Shown here: positions 1 through 15,200 of the stretch, piece by piece | Position numbering within the stretch: the first letter of the stretch is position 1 | How the letters are laid out: every line of letters starts with the position of its first letter | Assembly: GCA_002269645.1 (NCBI GenBank) | Contig: NIVC01002566.1 | Coordinates: 62,001-126,000 of the forward strand | DNA length: 64,000 bases | Direction: 5' to 3' | From: Macrostomum lignano | Lineage: Eukaryota | The notes under the pieces: model-generated | The model's database searches: none | What the model was told of the DNA's origin: nothing | The model's input: only the letters and a program-made list of their open reading frames with translations | Position numbers and translations under genes: made by a program

Positions 1-964
1 TTAACAATGCTTCAGTCAAAGATTGATTGTTTAACGATGATTGGAAATTTTGCCATAGACAATTTTTTTATATGTATTGTACCAAACATTCAATGCATGA
101 AAAACATTAGGAATAGAAAATCATAGGAAAGCTACGCATTTTAACACATGCACTAACAAATACATGGATGAACAAAACAAAAAGCATAGATGAACTAAAT
201 ACGCATTTTAACACAAAATGTGCATTAACAAATTGAGCATGGAAAAACATAGAATATGCATTTTTACATACGTTTAAACAAATTGAGAGCATAGAAAAAT
301 GTAGAATATGGACTTTACACACACATGTCACCAAATTAAGCACAGAGAAACAGAATACGCATTTAAGCGCACATTTTAACAAAACCAAGCATAGAAAAAA
401 CATAGAATGCATTTCAAATTGTGTATATTGAAACATTAAAAGCAATTAGCTAATTGTTATGATATATCAGCATTTATCAAATCACATATCTGATATATCT
501 AGTAGGGGTATATCCAAAACCGAATGGTCATCCATTGTAGGATCTTCTAAGAAACAGATGAACTCCGCTAGGTCAGCATCGCCAGCATGGTTGGTTGCAC
601 TCAGCAGAGAAAGGAAATCCATTTCGCTTGAAGACACTCCATTAAGAGAATCAGTAGGCAGATTTTTCCAATTTATTAGATGCATTTTAGTGGTTGATGT
701 TAAAGCAAGCAAGCTTATATCAAGCCACAGTCCCCTGCATTTCTCTAATCTATATTCACTCAATAGTCTATGGTATAGTTGGAATTGCTCCATAGTGCTT
801 CCTATGGCAGTGTCAATGTCGTTCTCAATGTCTATGGCCAAAACCTGCGCAGTCTAGGACATTTCTGATTTGCTGAGACATCGTTAAACAATCAGCATTA
901 AACAATGCTTCAGCATTAAACAATGCTTCTAGTCGAGTATGCTAAATGATAGTGACAATAAGTC

Positions 965-1072
965 TATACATATGGTACTAGAGGTAAACAATAAGCAAAA
1001 TCACAAGTGGCATAGCCGTGGCATAGCCACTCATGATTTTGCTTATTGTTTACCTCTAGTACCATATGTATA
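965..1072. mobile_element. MITE-like hairpin element with 39-bp perfect inverted arms
   Basis: TATACATATGGTACTAGAGGTAAACAATAAGCAAAATCA (965-1003) is the exact reverse complement of 1034-1072. The 30-nt centre holds GTGGCATAGCC twice. TA at both outer ends could be a Tc1/mariner-type TSD. Confidence 0.6.
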
Positions 1073-2478
1073 ATCTCCCATTGTTTATGATCAAATTGCC
1101 AATGAACAGCAAAAGCTTTACATGTTATATTAGTGGGAAATCCATAATAGGATATTTCTAAATGGCTTCACTGGGTTCAGTTGACACAACAATTCCTATA
1201 AGTATGTTTCAAATAGGGCTTGTGAAGTCCCATGCATGGTGTGCAGCATAGGGCCTAGTCTTGCTAAATTTGGGACTTTAATTTTAGTTATTTGTTTTTT
1301 GTCAACTTGTTAAAGATCATTTATGTTTAGACTTGACCATAGACCTTTTTTCAAGTCGAAAAATGTTCAAATGTTTGGGCCATAGACTAGGCCTATTGTA
1401 GCTTTCTAGTGTCAGATGCATTATAACAAGTTTTGAAGCATAGAATTAGTGGTTAATCAGGCTTAAGTCTCTTAAAAGTATTTGTTTGTACTTAAAATAG
1501 TTCATGCATACATTACTTTTCTGGAGTCAAAATAATTTAACAAACAAAAGTTGACAATTGCCTAAACTTCATATAGCTTCAAACCAACCACTGGGGCATA
1601 GGAAACATGTGAGTTTAAAACAAGGAGATTCTTTAATGTGATTGATTTTATATAAAAATTTTTGGCAATCTTTTACTTTATTGCTTTAAATTATTTTCAT
1701 GTGAAAAATAATAAAATATAAAGTCATTAATCATTAGAATATCAATGATAGTGTCTAACCTAATATAGAAAGTTCCCAAACACTTTTGGTGGCAGGAAGA
1801 GGTGGCACCACAGGTACTCATTAAGGTGGTGTCAAACGGCATCTGTATTAAGAGAAGCTGCCTTTTGTAACTGCTTTCTACATCCTGCACATTGGGCATG
1901 ACTAGACATAGCCATATATAAACTGGGATCTATCTTGCTGCTTTAGTTAATAGCTAAAGCATCTAGGCATTGTGTGCAAGCCCGGGAGTTGGATAGCAGC
2001 CCAAAAGTGGTGCTCTAGGCCTCCTAGCAATTTGGCAATCACTAGATACACTAAAATGTTTATGAAAATATGAAAATAATTTAATGCAATAAAGTAAAAG
2101 ATTGCCAAATTTTCTTCAATAGAGAAAGATAGAGCTTGATTAAGTTTTAGGTATCAATTCCTAATCTTTGTAGAACACCTAGTCATTAAGGCTAAAACCT
2201 TGTATTAGGCTATATGATTGTCATTCAAACATATAAAAAACTGATCCTATACAAATACTAAAGATAATTTTTTGTTATTATTTTAGAGTTAAAATTTGTT
2301 AAAATTTATCAAAAATATAAATTATGTATATATAACACAGTTCTGATAGATATGTAATCTAAAATAATATTATAGTTAAAAAAGCTTTTTTCTTAATAAA
2401 TAATTTGTGTAATACAAAGTAAATACTAAAATTTGAATTTAAAGCAAAATGTTTAAAAGAAGTGTTTAATTTTCTATA

Positions 2479-3201
2479 ATGAGGAAAAAGTTTTTACATC
2501 ACACCTCCTTGCATGGCATGGCCCTTCCCCGTCACTATGTGGTGCACAGATTTGTTAAGATCACATTAAAGGACCTGAGCAAAGAGTCCAGTCAGTGCGA
2601 CCCAGCCTTCGGCTATGTGCTCAATAATAACAGTAAAAAATTGCAGGACCAGCTAGCCGGACTGCTCAATAAGCAGCAGTACTTGTATGTGAGAGACAAA
2701 GCAGGCTGGACCCTGTTGCACTATGCTGTGCTGTGCGGCCATCGGAAAATTACCGCTCTGCTGTGCCAGTGCGGTTTCGATGTTAACATTAAATGCGACG
2801 TTAGCGCCTTTGGCGTCACAGGCTGGCGCGCCATTCACATTGCTGCTGAGAGAGGCGACTCTGACACCTTGAAGTTGTTAATCTCATATGGCGCCAGCTG
2901 CGAGCTGATGGCTGAAGTTGCTGAAGCAGCTGACAGCGGCAATGAGCAGCAGCAGCAGCAGCCAGACGCCACAGCAGTAGCAACATCTGGCTTGGCTGAA
3001 CGTTGGAATGCTGTGCACATGGCCGTCTCCAGCGAGTCAGTGGAATCAGTGAGAGTCTGTCTGCAGCGGGGCGGAGCTTATGTTGACACGAGAACGTTGA
3101 GACGACAGACTCCACTGATGTTGGCTTGTAAATCTGGTTGCTTAGCAATTGTACAGCTTTTGCTCACTGCCGGTGCCAGTTTGAGAGCTAGGGACAGTCA
3201 G
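2479..3201 (+). CDS. Ankyrin gene exon 1
   Basis: ORF with GWTLLHYAV, GWRAIHIAA, WNAVHMAV, QTPLMLAC; donor CAG|GTATGC at 3202. Confidence 0.85.
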
Positions 3202-6200
3202 GTATGCTTTATTGTTTTGTCCGCATGGTTGGTTGCACCTGCCCTAATGGCCAGATGTGCAACCGACAGCTCAGCCGCAGCTATTGCGCGGCGCATCTGA
3301 AGGCTGCGTAACTGCGTAGCATAACTGATGCTAATTGCTGATTGGGAGGCCACTCAGCAGTAATCTAGCGCTGAATTTAGACTGTGTCTATAGAATTCTG
3401 ATTGGAATCTATAGACTTTTGATTAGAATCTATAGACTTCTGATTGGAATCTATAGACTTCTGATTGGAATCTATAGACTTCTGATTGGAATCTATAGAC
3501 TTCTGATTGGAATCTATTGACTTCTGATTGGAATCTATAGACTTTTGGTTGAGATCTATAGACTTCTGATTAGAATATATAGACTTCTGATAGGAATCTA
3601 TAGACTTCTGATTGGAATCTATAGACTTCTGATTGGGATCTATAGACTTCTGATTGAAATCTAAAGACTTCTGATTTTGGAATCTATAGACTTCTGATTG
3701 GAATCTATAGACTTCTGATTGGAATCTATAGGCTTCTGATTGGAATCTATGGGCTTCTGATTGGAATCTATAGACTGCTGATTGGAATCTATAGGCTTCT
3801 GATTGGAATCTATAGACTTTTGATTGAGATCTATAGACTTTTGATTAGAATATATAGACTTCTGATCGGAATCTATAGACTTCTGATTTTGGAATCTATA
3901 GAATTCTGACTTAAATTTGCAAACCTCTGATTTCGGAATCTAAAATGCAAGCAAAAATGCTATTTTCACCGTTGCCAGGGCAACACTCCCCTGCACTACG
4001 CCGCGCAGTCGCCCTGCCCCGAGACGCTGCGCCAGATTCTTCAAGATGGCGCCCGGGCAGACGCGGTGAACTCGGCTGGCCAGCTGCCTCTGCACAATGC
4101 CGCCCAGAGTCGCAGCTCAGGCGTGCAAAATGTCCAACTGCTGCTGGACACTTGGCCGTCGGGCCTGGAAGCCGTCGCTTCGTTGCCGGATTTGAACATC
4201 GGCGCCGGCGCCACGCCGCTGATAGCCGCGGTGGCCACTCCCGGAGCTTCGGCTGTGACGGAGAAACTGGAGTTGCTGCTGAGTCGAGGTGCCGATATCA
4301 ATCGGGTATTCGAGTACAACTCGCTGACTGGAGTGAACGCGCTTCGCCTGTTAATTGAAACTCGCAGCATCAACACAGATCTGGTGCACTATCTCCTTAG
4401 CAACGGAGTCAATGTCGACTCTTTAGCTAGCGACGGAGTTTCGCCGTTGCTGTGCGCTGCTCAGAAAGGCAGCGTTGTCATAGTAACTAAATTGTGCAAA
4501 TATTCTCCCAATCCGAACGTTGCTGATCGAGACGGCTATACGGCTTTGATGTACGCCGTGAAGTGCAGGAACTCCAGCTTGGTGAGGACTCTGCTGGAGT
4601 TGAAACCCGACCTGGAGATTGCTATCAACTTCTACGACGCGAGACGTGAGTTCGGTTAAATATTATTAAGAATAAAATGAGTTCTAGCTAAAATACATGA
4701 TATGAAGATAGGAGTCCATGGAGTACAGATAAGAGTCCATGGAATACTGATAAAGAATCCATAGAATACTGATAAGAATCCATGAGTACAGATAAGAGTC
4801 TATAGAATACTGATAAGAATCCATTGAGTACTGATAATAATCCATGGAATACTGATAAGAATCCATGGAATACTGATAAGAATCCATGGAATACGGATGA
4901 GAATCCATGGAATACTGATAAAGAATCCATGGAATACTGATAATAATCCAGTACTTATCCAGTAACTTGATAAGAATCCATAGAATACTGATAAGAATCC
5001 ATGGAATACTGATAAGAATCCATGGAATACTGATAATAATCCATGGAATACTGATAAGAATCCATGGAATACTGATAAGAATCCATGGAATACTGATAAG
5101 AATCCATAGAATACTGATAAGAATCCATGGAATACTGATAAGAATCCATGGAATACTGAAAAGCGTCCATGGAATACTGATAAGAATCCAGAGAATACTG
5201 ATAAGAATCCATGGAATACTGATAATAATCCATAGAATACTGATAAGAATCCATGGAATACTGATAAGAGTCCATGGAATACTGATAAGAATCCATGGAA
5301 TACTGATAAGAATCCATAGAATACTGATAAGAATACATGGAATACTGATAAGAATCCATGGAATACTGATAAGAATCCATAGAATACTGATAAGAATCCA
5401 GTACTTATCCAGTAACTTGATAAGAATCCATAGAATACTGATAAGAATCCATAGAATACTGATAAGAATTCATGGAATACTGATAAGAATCCGTGGAATA
5501 CTGATAAGAATCCATAGAATACTGATAAGAATCCATGGAATACTGATAAGAATCCATAGAATACTGATAAGAATCCATGGAATACTGATAAGAATCCATG
5601 GAATACTGAAAAGCGTCCATGGAATACTGATAAGAATCCAGAGAATACTGATAATAATCCATGGAATACTGATAAGAATCCATGGAATACTGATAAGAAT
5701 CCATGGAATACGGATGAGAATCCATGGAATACTGATAAAGAATCCATGGAATACTGATAATAATCCAGTACTTATCCAGTAACTTGATAAGAATCCATAG
5801 AATACTGATAAGAATCCATGGAATACTGATAAGAATCCATGGAATACTGATAATAATCCATGGAATACTGATAAGAATCCATGGAATACTGATAAGAATC
5901 CATGGAATACTGATAAGAATCCATAGAATACTGATAAGAATCCATGGAATACTGATAAGAATCCATGGAATACTGAAAAGCGTCCATGGAATACTGATAA
6001 GAATCCAGAGAATACTGATAAGAATCCATGGAATACTGATAATAATCCATAGAATACTGATAAGAATCCATGGAATACTGATAAGAGTCCATGGAATACT
6101 GATAAGAATCCATGGAATACTGATAAGAATCCATAGAATACTGATAAGAATACATGGAATACTGATAAGAATCCATGGAATACTGATAAGAATCCATAGA

Positions 6201-9200
6201 ATACTGATAAGAATCCAGTACTTATCCAGTAACTTGATAAGAATCCATAGAATACTGATAAGAATCCATAGAATACTGATAAGAATTCATGGAATACTGA
6301 TAAGAATCCGTGGAATACTGATAAGAATCCATAGAATACTGATAAGAATCCATGGAATACTGATAAGAATCCATAGAATACTGATAAGAATCCATGGAAT
6401 ACTGATAAGAATCCATGGAATACTGAAAAGCGTCCATGGAATACTGATAAGAATCCAGAGAATACTGATAAGAATCCATGGAATACTGATAATAATCCAT
6501 AGAATACTGATAAGAATCCATGGAATACTGATAATAATCCATGGAATACTGATAAGAATCCATGGAATACTGATAAGAATCCATGGAATACTGATAAGAA
6601 TCCATAGAATACTGATAAGAATCCATGGAATACTGATAAGAATCCATGGAATACTGAAAAGCGTCCATGGAATACTGATAAGAATCCAGAGAATACTGAT
6701 AAGAATCCATGGAATACTGATAATAATCCATAGAATACTGATAAGAATCCATGGAATACTGATAAGAGTCCATGGAATACTGATAAGAATCCATGGAATA
6801 CTGATAAGAATCCATAGAATACTGATAAGAATACATGGAATACTGATAAGAATCCATGGAATACTGATAAGAATCCATAGAATACTGATAAGAATCCAGT
6901 ACTTATCCAGTAACTTGATAAGAATCCATAGAATACTGATAAGAATCCATAGAATACTGATAAGAATTCATGGAATACTGATAAGAATCCGTGGAATACT
7001 GATAAGAATCCATAGAATACTGATAAGAATCCATGGAATACTGATAAGAATCCATAGAATACTGATAAGAATCCATAGAATACTGATAAGAATCCAGTAC
7101 TTATCCAGTACTTGATAAGAATCCATAGAATACTGATAAGAATCCATGGAATACTGATAAGAATCCAGAGAATACTGATAAGAATCCATGGAATACTGAT
7201 AAGAATCCATAGAATACTGATAATAATCCATGAGTACAGATAAGAATCCATGGAATACTGATAAGAATCCATGGAATACTGATAAGAGTCCATGGAATAC
7301 TGATAAGAATCCATGGAATACTGATAAGAATCCATAGAATACTGATAAGAATTCATGGAATACTGATAAGAATCCATGGAATACTGATAAGAATTCATGG
7401 AATACTGATAAGAATCCATGGAATACTGATAAGAATCCATAGAATACTGATAAGAATCCATGGAATACTGATAAGAATCCATGGAATACTGATAAGAATC
7501 CATAGAATACTGATAAGAATCCAGTACTTATCCAGTAACTTGATAAGAATCCATAGAATACTGATAAGAATTCATGGAATACTGATAAGAATCCATAGAA
7601 TACTGATAAGAATTCATGGAATACTGATAAGAATCCGTGGAATACTGATAAGAATCCATAGAATACTGATAAGAATTCATGGAATACTGATAAGAATCCG
7701 TGGAATACTGATAAGAATCCATAGAATACTGATAAGAATTCATGGAATACTGATAAGAATCCATAGAATACTGATAAGAATTCATGGAATACTGATAATA
7801 ATCCATAGAATACTGATAAGAATCCATGGAATACTGATAAGAATCCATGGAATACTGATAAGAATCCAGAGAATACTGATAAGAACCCATAGAATACTGA
7901 TAAGAATTCATGGAATACTGATAAGAATCCATGGAATACTGATAAGAATCCATAGAATACTGATAAGAATCCATGGAATACTGATAAGAATCCATAGAAT
8001 ACTGATAAGAATCCATAGAATACTGATAAGAATCCAGTACTTATCCAGTACTTGATAAGAATCCATAGAATACTGATAAGAATCCATGGAATACTGATAA
8101 GAATCCAGAGAATACTGATAAGAATCCATGGAATTCTGATAAGAATCCATAGAATACTGATAATAATCCATGAGTACAGATAAGAATCCATGGAATACTG
8201 ATAAGAATCCATGGAATACTGATAAGAGTCCATGGAATACTGATAAGAATCCATGGAATACTGATAAGAATCCATAGAATACTGATAAGAATTCATGGAA
8301 TACTGATAAGAATCCGTGGAATACTGATAAGAATCCATAGAATACTGATAAGAGTCCATGGAATACTGATAAGAATCCATGGAATACTGATAAGAATCCA
8401 TAGAATACTGATAAGAATCCAGAGAATACTGATAAGAATCCATGGAATACTGATAAGAATCCATAGAATACTGATAATAATCCATAGAATACTGATAAGA
8501 ATCCATGGAATACTGATAAGAATCCATGGAATACTGATAAGAATCCATGGAATACTGATAAGAATCCATAGAATACTGATAAGAATTCATGGAATACTGA
8601 TAAGAATCCGTGGAATACTGATAAGAATCCATAGAATACTGATAAGAGTCCATGGAATACTGATAAGAATCCATGGAATACTGATAAGAATCCATAGAAT
8701 ACTGATAAGAATCCAGAGAATACTGATAAGAATCCATGGAATACTGATAAGAATCCATAGAATACTGATAATAATCCATAGAATACTGATAAGAATCCAT
8801 GGAATACTGATAAGAATCCATGGAATACTGATAAGAATCCATGGAATACTGATAAGAATCCATAGAATACTGATAAGAATCCAGTACTTATCCAGTAACT
8901 TGATAAGAATCCATAGAATACTGATAAGAATTCATGGAATACTGATAAGAATCCATAGAATACTGATAAGAATTCATGGAATACTGATAAGAATCCGTGG
9001 AATACTGATAAGAATCCATAGAATACTGATAAGAATTCATGGAATACTGATAAGAATCTGTGGAATACTGATAAGAATCCATAGAATACTGATAAGAATT
9101 CATGGAATACTGATAAGAATCCATAGAATACTGATAAGAATTCATGGAATACTGATAATAATCCATAGAATACTGATAAGAATCCATGGAATACTGATAA

Positions 9201-12200
9201 GAATCCATGGAATACTGATAAGAATCCATAGAATACTGATAAGAATCCATGGAATACTGATAAGAATCCATGGAATACTGATAATAATCCATAGAATACT
9301 GATAAGAATCCATGGAATACTGATAAGAGTCCATGGAATACTGATAAGAATCCATGGAATACTGATAAGAATCCATAGAATACTGATAAGAATACATGGA
9401 ATACTGATAAGAATCCATGGAATACTGATAAGAATCCATAGAATACTGATAAGAATCCAGTACTTATCCAGTAACTTGATAAGAATCCATAGAATACTGA
9501 TAAGAATCCATAGAATACTGATAAGAATTCATGGAATACTGATAAGAATCCGTGGAATACTGATAAGAATCCATAGAATACTGATAAGAATCCATGGAAT
9601 ACTGATAAGAATCCATAGAATACTGATAAGAATCCATAGAATACTGATAAGAATCCAGTACTTATCCAGTACTTGATAAGAATCCATAGAATACTGATAA
9701 GAATCCATGGAATACTGATAAGAATCCAGAGAATACTGATAAGAATCCATGGAATACTGATAAGAATCCATAGAATACTGATAATAATCCATGAGTACAG
9801 ATAAGAATCCATGGAATACTGATAAGAATCCATGGAATACTGATAAGAGTCCATGGAATACTGATAAGAATCCATGGAATACTGATAAGAATCCATAGAA
9901 TACTGATAAGAATTCATGGAATACTGATAAGAATCCATGGAATACTGATAAGAATCCATAGAATACTGATAAGAATCCATGGAATACTGATAAGAATCCA
10001 TGGAATACTGATAAGAATCCATAGAATACTGATAAGAATCCAGTACTTATCCAGTAACTGATAAGAATCCATAGAATACTGATAAGAATTCATGGAATAC
10101 TGATAAGAATCCATAGAATACTGATAAGAATTCATGGAATACTGATAAGAATCCGTGGAATACTGATAAGAATCCATAGAATACTGATAAGAATTCATGG
10201 AATACTGATAAGAATCCGTGGAATACTGATAAGAATCCATAGAATACTGATAAGAATTCATGAATACTGATAAGAATCCATAGAATACTGATAAGAATTC
10301 ATGGAATACTGATAATAATCCATAGAATACTGATAAGAATCCATGGAATACTGATAAGAATCCATGGAATACTGATAAGAATCCAGAGAATACTGATAAG
10401 AATCCATAGAATACTGATAAGAATTCATGGAATACTGATAAGAATCCGTGGAATACTGATAAGAATCCATAGAATACTGATAAGAATCCATGGAATACTG
10501 ATAAGAATCCATAGAATACTGATAAGAATCCATAGAATACTGATAAGAATCCAGTACTTATCCAGTACTTGATAAGAATCCATAGAATACTGATAAGAAT
10601 CCATGGAATACTGATAAGAATCCAGAGAATACTGATAAGAATCCATGGAATTCTGATAAGAATCCATAGAATACTGATAATAATCCATGAGTACAGATAA
10701 GAATCCATGGAATACTGATAAGAATCCATGGAATACTGATAAGAGTCCATGAATACTGATAAGAATCCATGGAATACTGATAAGAATCCATAGAATACTG
10801 ATAAGAATTCATGGAATACTGATAAGAATCCGTGGAATACTGATAAGAATCCATAGAATACTGATAAGAGTCCATGGAATACTGATAAGAATCCATGGAA
10901 TACTGATAAGAATCCATAGAATACTGATAAGAATCCAGAGAATACTGATAAGAATCCATGGAATACTGATAAGAATCCATAGAATACTGATAATAATCCA
11001 TAGAATACTGATAAGAATCCATGGAATACTGATAAGAATCCATGGAATACTGATAAGAATCCATGGAATACTGATAAGAATCCATAGAATACTGATAAGA
11101 ATCCAGTACTTATCCAGTAACTTGATAAGAATCCATAGAATACTGATAAGAATTCATGGAATACTGATAAGAATCCATAGAATACTGATAAGAATTCATG
11201 GAATACTGATAAGAATCCGTAGAATACTGATAAGAATCCATAGAATACTGATAAGAATTCATGGAATACTGATAAGAATCTGTGGAATACTGATAAGAAT
11301 CCATAGAATACTGATAAGAATTCATGGAATACTGATAAGAATCCATAGAATACTGATAAGAATTCATGGAATACTGATAATAATCCATAGAATACTGATA
11401 AGAATCCATGGAATACTGATAAGAATCCATGGAATACTGATAAGAATCCATAGAATACTGATAAGAATCCATGGAATACTGATAAGAATCCATGGAATAC
11501 TGATAAGAATCCATAGAATACTGATAAGAATCCATGGAATACTGATAAAGAATCCATAGAATACTGATAAGAATCCGTGGAATACTGATAAGAATCCAGT
11601 ACTTATCCAGTACTTGATAAGAATCCATAGAATACTGATAAGAATCCATGGAATACTGATAAGAATCCAGAGAATACTGATAAGAATCCATGGAATACTG
11701 ATAAGAATCCATAGAATACTGATAATAATCCATGAGTACAGATAAGAATCCATGGAATACTGATAAAAATCCATGGAATACTGATAAGAGTCCATGGAAT
11801 ACTGATAAGAATCCTTGGAATACTGATAAGAATCCATAGAATACTGATAAGAATTCATGGAATACTGATAAGAATCCATGGAATACTGATAAGAATTCAT
11901 GGAATACTGATAAGAATCCAGAGAATACTGATAAGAATTCATGGAATTCTGATAAGAATCCATAGAATACTGATAAGAATTCATGGAATACTGATAAGAA
12001 TCCATAGAATACTGATAAGAATCCAGTACTTATCCAGTAACTTGATAAGAATCCATAGAATACTGATAAGAATTCATGGAATACTGATAAGAATCCATAG
12101 AATACTGATAAGAATTCATGGAATACTGATAAGAATCCGTGGAATACTGATAAGAATCCATAGAATACTGATAAGAATCCATGGAATACTGATAAGAATC

Positions 12201-15200
12201 CATAGAATACTGATAAGAATCCATGGAATACTGATAAGAATCCATGGAATACTGATAAGAATCCATAGAATACTGATAAGAATCCAGTACTTATCCAGTA
12301 ACTTGATAAGAATCCATAGAATACTGATAAGAATCCATAAAATACTGATAAGAATTCATGGAATACTGATAAGAATCCGTGGAATACTGATAAGAATCCA
12401 TAGAATACTGATAAGAATCCATGGAATACTGATAAGAATCCATAGAATACTGATAAGAATCCATAGAATACTGATAAGAATCCAGTACTTATCCAGTACT
12501 TGATAAGAATCCATAGAATACTGATAAGAATCCATGGAATACTGATAAGAATCCAGAGAATACTGATAAGAATCCATGGAATACTGATAAGAATCCATAG
12601 AATACTGATAATAATCCATGAGTACAGATAAGAATCCATGGAATACTGATAAGAATCCATGGAATACTGATAAGAGTCCATGGAATACTGATAAGAATCC
12701 ATGGAATACTGATAAGAATCCATAGAATACTGATAAGAATTCATGGAATACTGATAAGAATTCATGGAATACTGATAAGAATCCATGGAATACTGATAAG
12801 AATCCATGGAATACTGATAAGAATCCATGGAATACTGATAAGAATCCATGGAATACTGATAAGAATCCATAGAATACTGATAAGAATCCAGTACTTATCC
12901 AGTAACTTGATAAGAATCCATAGAATACTGATAAGAATCCATGGAATACTGATAAGAATCCAGAGAATACTGATAAGAATCCATGGAATACTGATAAGAA
13001 TCCATAGAATACTGATAATAATCCATGAGTACAGATAAGAATCCATGGAATACTGATAAGAATCCATGGAATACTGATAAGAGTCCATGGAATACTGATA
13101 AGAATCCATGGAATACTGATAAGAATTCATGGAATACTGATAAGAATCCATGGAATACTGATAAGAATCCATAGAATACTGATAAGAATCCATGGAATAC
13201 TGATAAGAATCCATGGAATACTGATAAGAATCCATAGAATACTGATAAGAATCCAGTACTTATCCAGTAACTTGATAAGAATCCATAGAATACTGATAAG
13301 AATTCATGGAATACTGATAAGAATCCATAGAATACTGATAAGAATTCATGGAATACTGATAAGAATCCGTGAATACTGATAAGAATCCATAGAATACTGA
13401 TAAGAATTCATGAATACTGATAAGAATCCGTGAATACTGATAAGAATCCATAGAATACTGATAAGAATTCATGGAATACTGATAAGAATCCATAGAATAC
13501 TGATAAGAATTCATGAATACTGATAATAATCCATAGAATACTGATAAGAATCCATGGAATACTGATAAGAATCCATGGAATACTGATAAGAATCCAGAGA
13601 ATACTGATAAGAACCATAGAATACTGATAAGAATTCATGGAATACTGATAAGAATCCATGGAATACTGATAAGAATCCATAGAATACTGATAAGAATCCA
13701 TGGAATACTGATAAGAATCCATAGAATACTGATAAGAATCCATAGAATACTGATAAGAATCCAGTACTTATCCAGTACTTGATAAGAATCCATGAGTACA
13801 GATAAGAATCCATGGAATACTGATAAGAATCCATGGAATACTGATAAGAGTCCATGGAATACTGATAAGAATCCATGGAATACTGATAAGAATCCATAGA
13901 ATACTGATAAGAATTCATGGAATACTGATAAGAATCCGTGGAATACTGATAAGAATCCATAGAATACTGATAAGAGTCCATGGAATACTGATAAGAATCC
14001 ATAGAATACTGATAATAATCCATAGAATACTGATAATAATCCATGGAATACTGATAAGAATCCATAGAATACTGATAAGAGTCCATGGAATACTGATAAG
14101 AATCCATGGAATACTGATAAGAATTCATAGAATACTGATAAGAATCCAGAGAATACTGATAAGAATCCATGGAATACTGATAAGAATCCATAGAATACTG
14201 ATAATAATCCATAGAATACTGATAAGAATCCATGGAATACTGATAAGAATCCATGGAATACTGATAAGAATCCATGGAATACTGATAAGAATCCATAGAA
14301 TACTGATAAGAATCCAGTACTTATCCAGTAACTGATAAGAATCCATAGAATACTGATAAGAATTCATGGAATACTGATAAGAATCCATAGAATACTGATA
14401 AGAATTCATGGAATACTGATAATAATCCATAGAATACTGATAAGAATCCATGGAATACTGATAAGAATCCATGGAATACTGATAAGAATCCATAGAATAC
14501 TGATAAGAATTCATGGAATACTGATAAGAATCCATAGAATACTGATAAGAATTCATGGAATACTGATAATAATCCATAGAATACTGATAAGAATCCATGG
14601 AATACTGATAAGAATCCATAGAATACTGATAAGAATCCATAGAATACTGATAAGAATCCATGGAATACTGATAAGAATCCATGGAATACTGATAAGAATC
14701 CATAGAATACTGATAAGAATCCATGGAATACTGATAAAGAATCCATAGAATACTGATAAGAATCCGTGGAATACTGATAAGAATCCAGTACTTATCCAGT
14801 ACTGATAAGAATCCATAGAATACTGATAAGAATCCATGAATACTGATAAGAATCCAGAGAATACTGATAAGAATCCATGGAATACTGATAAGAATCCATA
14901 GAATACTGATAATAATCCATGAGTACAGATAAGAATCCATGGAATACTGATAAGAATCCATGGAATACTGATAAGAATCCATGGAATACTGATAAGAATC
15001 CATGGAATACTGATAAGAATCCATAGAATACTGATAAGAATTCATGGAATACTGATAAGAATCCATGAATACTGATAAGAATCCATGGAATACTGATAAG
15101 AATCCAGAGAATACTGATAAGAATCATGGAATACTGATAAGAATCCATAGAATACTGATAAGAATCATGGAATACTGATAAGAATCCATAGAATACTGAT

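Noticed and set aside
482-841. 119-aa minus-strand acidic ORF and overlapping 132-aa plus-strand ORF
   Set aside because: No recognisable motif, partner exon or splice context; could be a decayed TE or gene fragment but cannot be supported without a search.
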